52,195 bases of DNA. Source: Candidatus Poribacteria bacterium. GTDB lineage: Bacteria; Poribacteria; WGA-4E; UBA9662. The translations under genes were made by a program, and so were the position numbers. Location of the stretch: positions 1 to 52,195 of the forward strand of contig JAYGDX010000367.1 of the NCBI GenBank assembly GCA_046582655.1. Reading direction: 5' to 3'. The notes beneath the pieces were generated by a model that had not been told where the DNA came from, did not search any database, and saw nothing but the letters and a program-made list of their open reading frames with translations. Of the stretch, positions 51,501 through 52,195 are shown piece after piece (within the stretch, counting starts at the first letter, position 1; each line of letters opens with the position of its first letter).

Positions 51501-51829
51501 GGCACAGTGGAGATTCCACGTCGAATTACCTTTTCAGCCGTGTCAACTTGCCTGAGACGCAGATGAGCGACAGCAAGATTGGCATAGCCAATTGCTTCAT
51601 TAGGTAAAAGTCCGATTAGATTTTCAAACTGCGCGACTGCTTTTAATGGTTGTGATTCTTCTAAATAGGCAAGTCCCATGTTCTGACATTGAATTGCAGA
51701 AACAATAGTTGAGTCAATTTCGCCTATTTCTGCTGATGCTGGCAAAAACACGAAAACCGAAAGATAAATCAAGAATTGTATCCAGATTAATCGGCATTGG
51801 CTGGTAAAACATGATTCTGGTAAGTTCAT
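48557..51829 (-). CDS. Secreted TPR + FG-GAP + ASPIC/UnbV (CRTAC1-like) protein with C-terminal extension
   Basis: Signal peptide ending PASA; N-terminal TPRs (NMGLAYL, YANLAVAHL); five D(Y/F)DxDGxLD repeats; GSRVEIKAG, VHFGLG, IVWTNG; GSCPFLYVFDG extension. Confidence 0.85.
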   Translation of the reverse strand: MNLPESCFTSQCRLIWIQFLIYLSVFVFLPASAEIGEIDSTIVSAIQCQNMGLAYLEESQPLKAVAQFENLIGLLPNEAIGYANLAVAHLRLRQVDTAEKVIRRGISTVPLNSQLHSIYSEIHHFQGKSDQAITELKEALRLKPDDLAVRYLLIRENLRDRRNNEAISRAITDLRFLRKLTPTNIVVLLKLSQALLLNHDDIEQVEQIGKELRILLSDIDLEKLKYLDEGMKQVEAGDMKAANRNFRIFENINKNSPRYQQGIGELITPILGHPIEEFDQRFKARLIATKTKPITVSFSQPIHHATISRNQELTSLQIDYDHDGDLDNLTVYPDRIQMHRNNGNDSFLDVSDRTFTPSLNHGGQSITSGDFDNDGDLDIIIASIDQGCLLLDNLRQGKLEVTTILSELKNPVAIDSADYDHDGALDICVATKTDTQLYLNRGDGVFIKDLTLVSVRGIDVHFMDYDNDGFLDVWVVGERRMSLFRNDGTAKFSDMSHLIPIFDPPNLFVKQSTDDVQKDNASRKSNWIDGQVEDYDNDGDLDLLVGSWGDRFLIQNEGGNQNGWLQIELEAVAAGNNKNNAYGLGSRVEIKAGDLYQMTYVEKLITNYNSEVDPGLESPFRQHSFVHFGLGPIEQADVLRIVWTNGVPQNVISPRTNQRILEKQVLKGSCPFLYVFDGERFQFKTDLLWRSALGMITSIGTVASSDSSRDYVLIGHKMKPENGTYSLQITEELWETTYFDQVQLIAVDHPTGTQIFIDERFTPLPFPEFEIHAVREMRFPKSAIDHQGQDVSIALGEFDYKYAVEHKPGKFQGVVDPHFIELDLGNIDVNQQTLLFLTGWVFPTDTSINVSISQNPSINPRFPYLQVKTDQGEWQTVIDLIGIPAGKNKTLVIDLTNKFLSGDRRLRIATNMQIYWDRAFFTLGNHNVPMHITRRHPNRADLHYLGFPKIYRPTPHAPHLYDYSQIDRKRPWRDLEGFYTRYGEVGELLKKSDSMSVIMNAGDEITVEFDADQFPTLKDGWTRSFILFSDGWVKDGDINTLASQRVEPLPFHGSTSYPPKDGEHFPNDPDYLRYRLEYNTRRVTHKLPEF

Positions 51830-52195
51830 ATGGCTGTGGTTTTCTCTTCAATTACGGATTCAATTAACCTTTTAGCTGCTTTCCCAATGTGCCATTATGC
51901 ATGTTTCAATAAAACTCTTTTCTGAAGTGTCCAACCCTATCGATTACCCGGAAAAATGAGATGCCGTCTTGGTTTTTTTATTGTCTCTCTAAATGGCTGA
52001 AATTGGTGGTGAAACGATAGACTTATCTAGTGCTTCATATCCAAAAAGCTTAAGTAGGAGATCCATAAGCATTTGAATTTGGCTTCACACAGACGGTAAT
52101 ACAGTCCGTGTAATCGGCAACTTGGTTATGAGGTCCGGATTTGGTGAAAATGATATGGGGTTCTCGTCTTTCCTGTTCAACATGACGTTGTAATC

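Noticed and set aside
52085..52195. Possible seventh tail (DLITKLPITRTVLPSV*) on the minus strand at the window edge
   Set aside because: It lacks the V/I at -6, the WG and the final K, and the reading frame cannot be verified.
1..52195. CRISPR arrays, tRNA or rRNA genes, prophage or defence systems
   Set aside because: I saw no regularly spaced repeats, structural RNA signatures or hallmark proteins by eye; covariance-model searches were not run.

Overview
Bacterial accessory and metabolic region with about 35 intact CDSs and at least 8 recognisable gene relics. No rRNA, tRNA or CRISPR array was seen. The gene content points to Candidatus Poribacteria, probably a free-living flagellated lineage (inference): signal-peptide LamG proteins, three PhyH-family dioxygenases, two DUF6785-type membrane proteins, a sulfatase, Gfo/Idh/MocA, creatininase and Ldh_2 paralogues, and a flagellin. 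Main observations: (1) six genes or relics with three unrelated passenger domains end in the same exactly spaced C-terminal tail, [VI]-x4-[KR]-L-x3-W-G-x-[ILM]-K, which behaves like a protein sorting or anchoring signal; (2) one PhyH-family enzyme has HxA instead of HxD, as in Fe/2OG halogenases; (3) a CuyA-like PLP lyase is flanked by two Ldh_2 (ComC-like) dehydrogenases, a possible sulfonate catabolism locus; (4) an E2-E3-E1(alpha/beta fusion) 2-oxoacid dehydrogenase operon is decaying (E2 has a Trp-to-TGA stop and no catalytic His, E1 has a 5' frameshift, E3 is intact); (5) the window also holds a frameshifted flagellin, an internally deleted IS5-family element, and a mixed gene run encoding a TPR/FG-GAP/ASPIC protein, BioB, HisF and a secreted QW-repeat barrel. 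All calls come from reading motifs by eye; no database searches were run.
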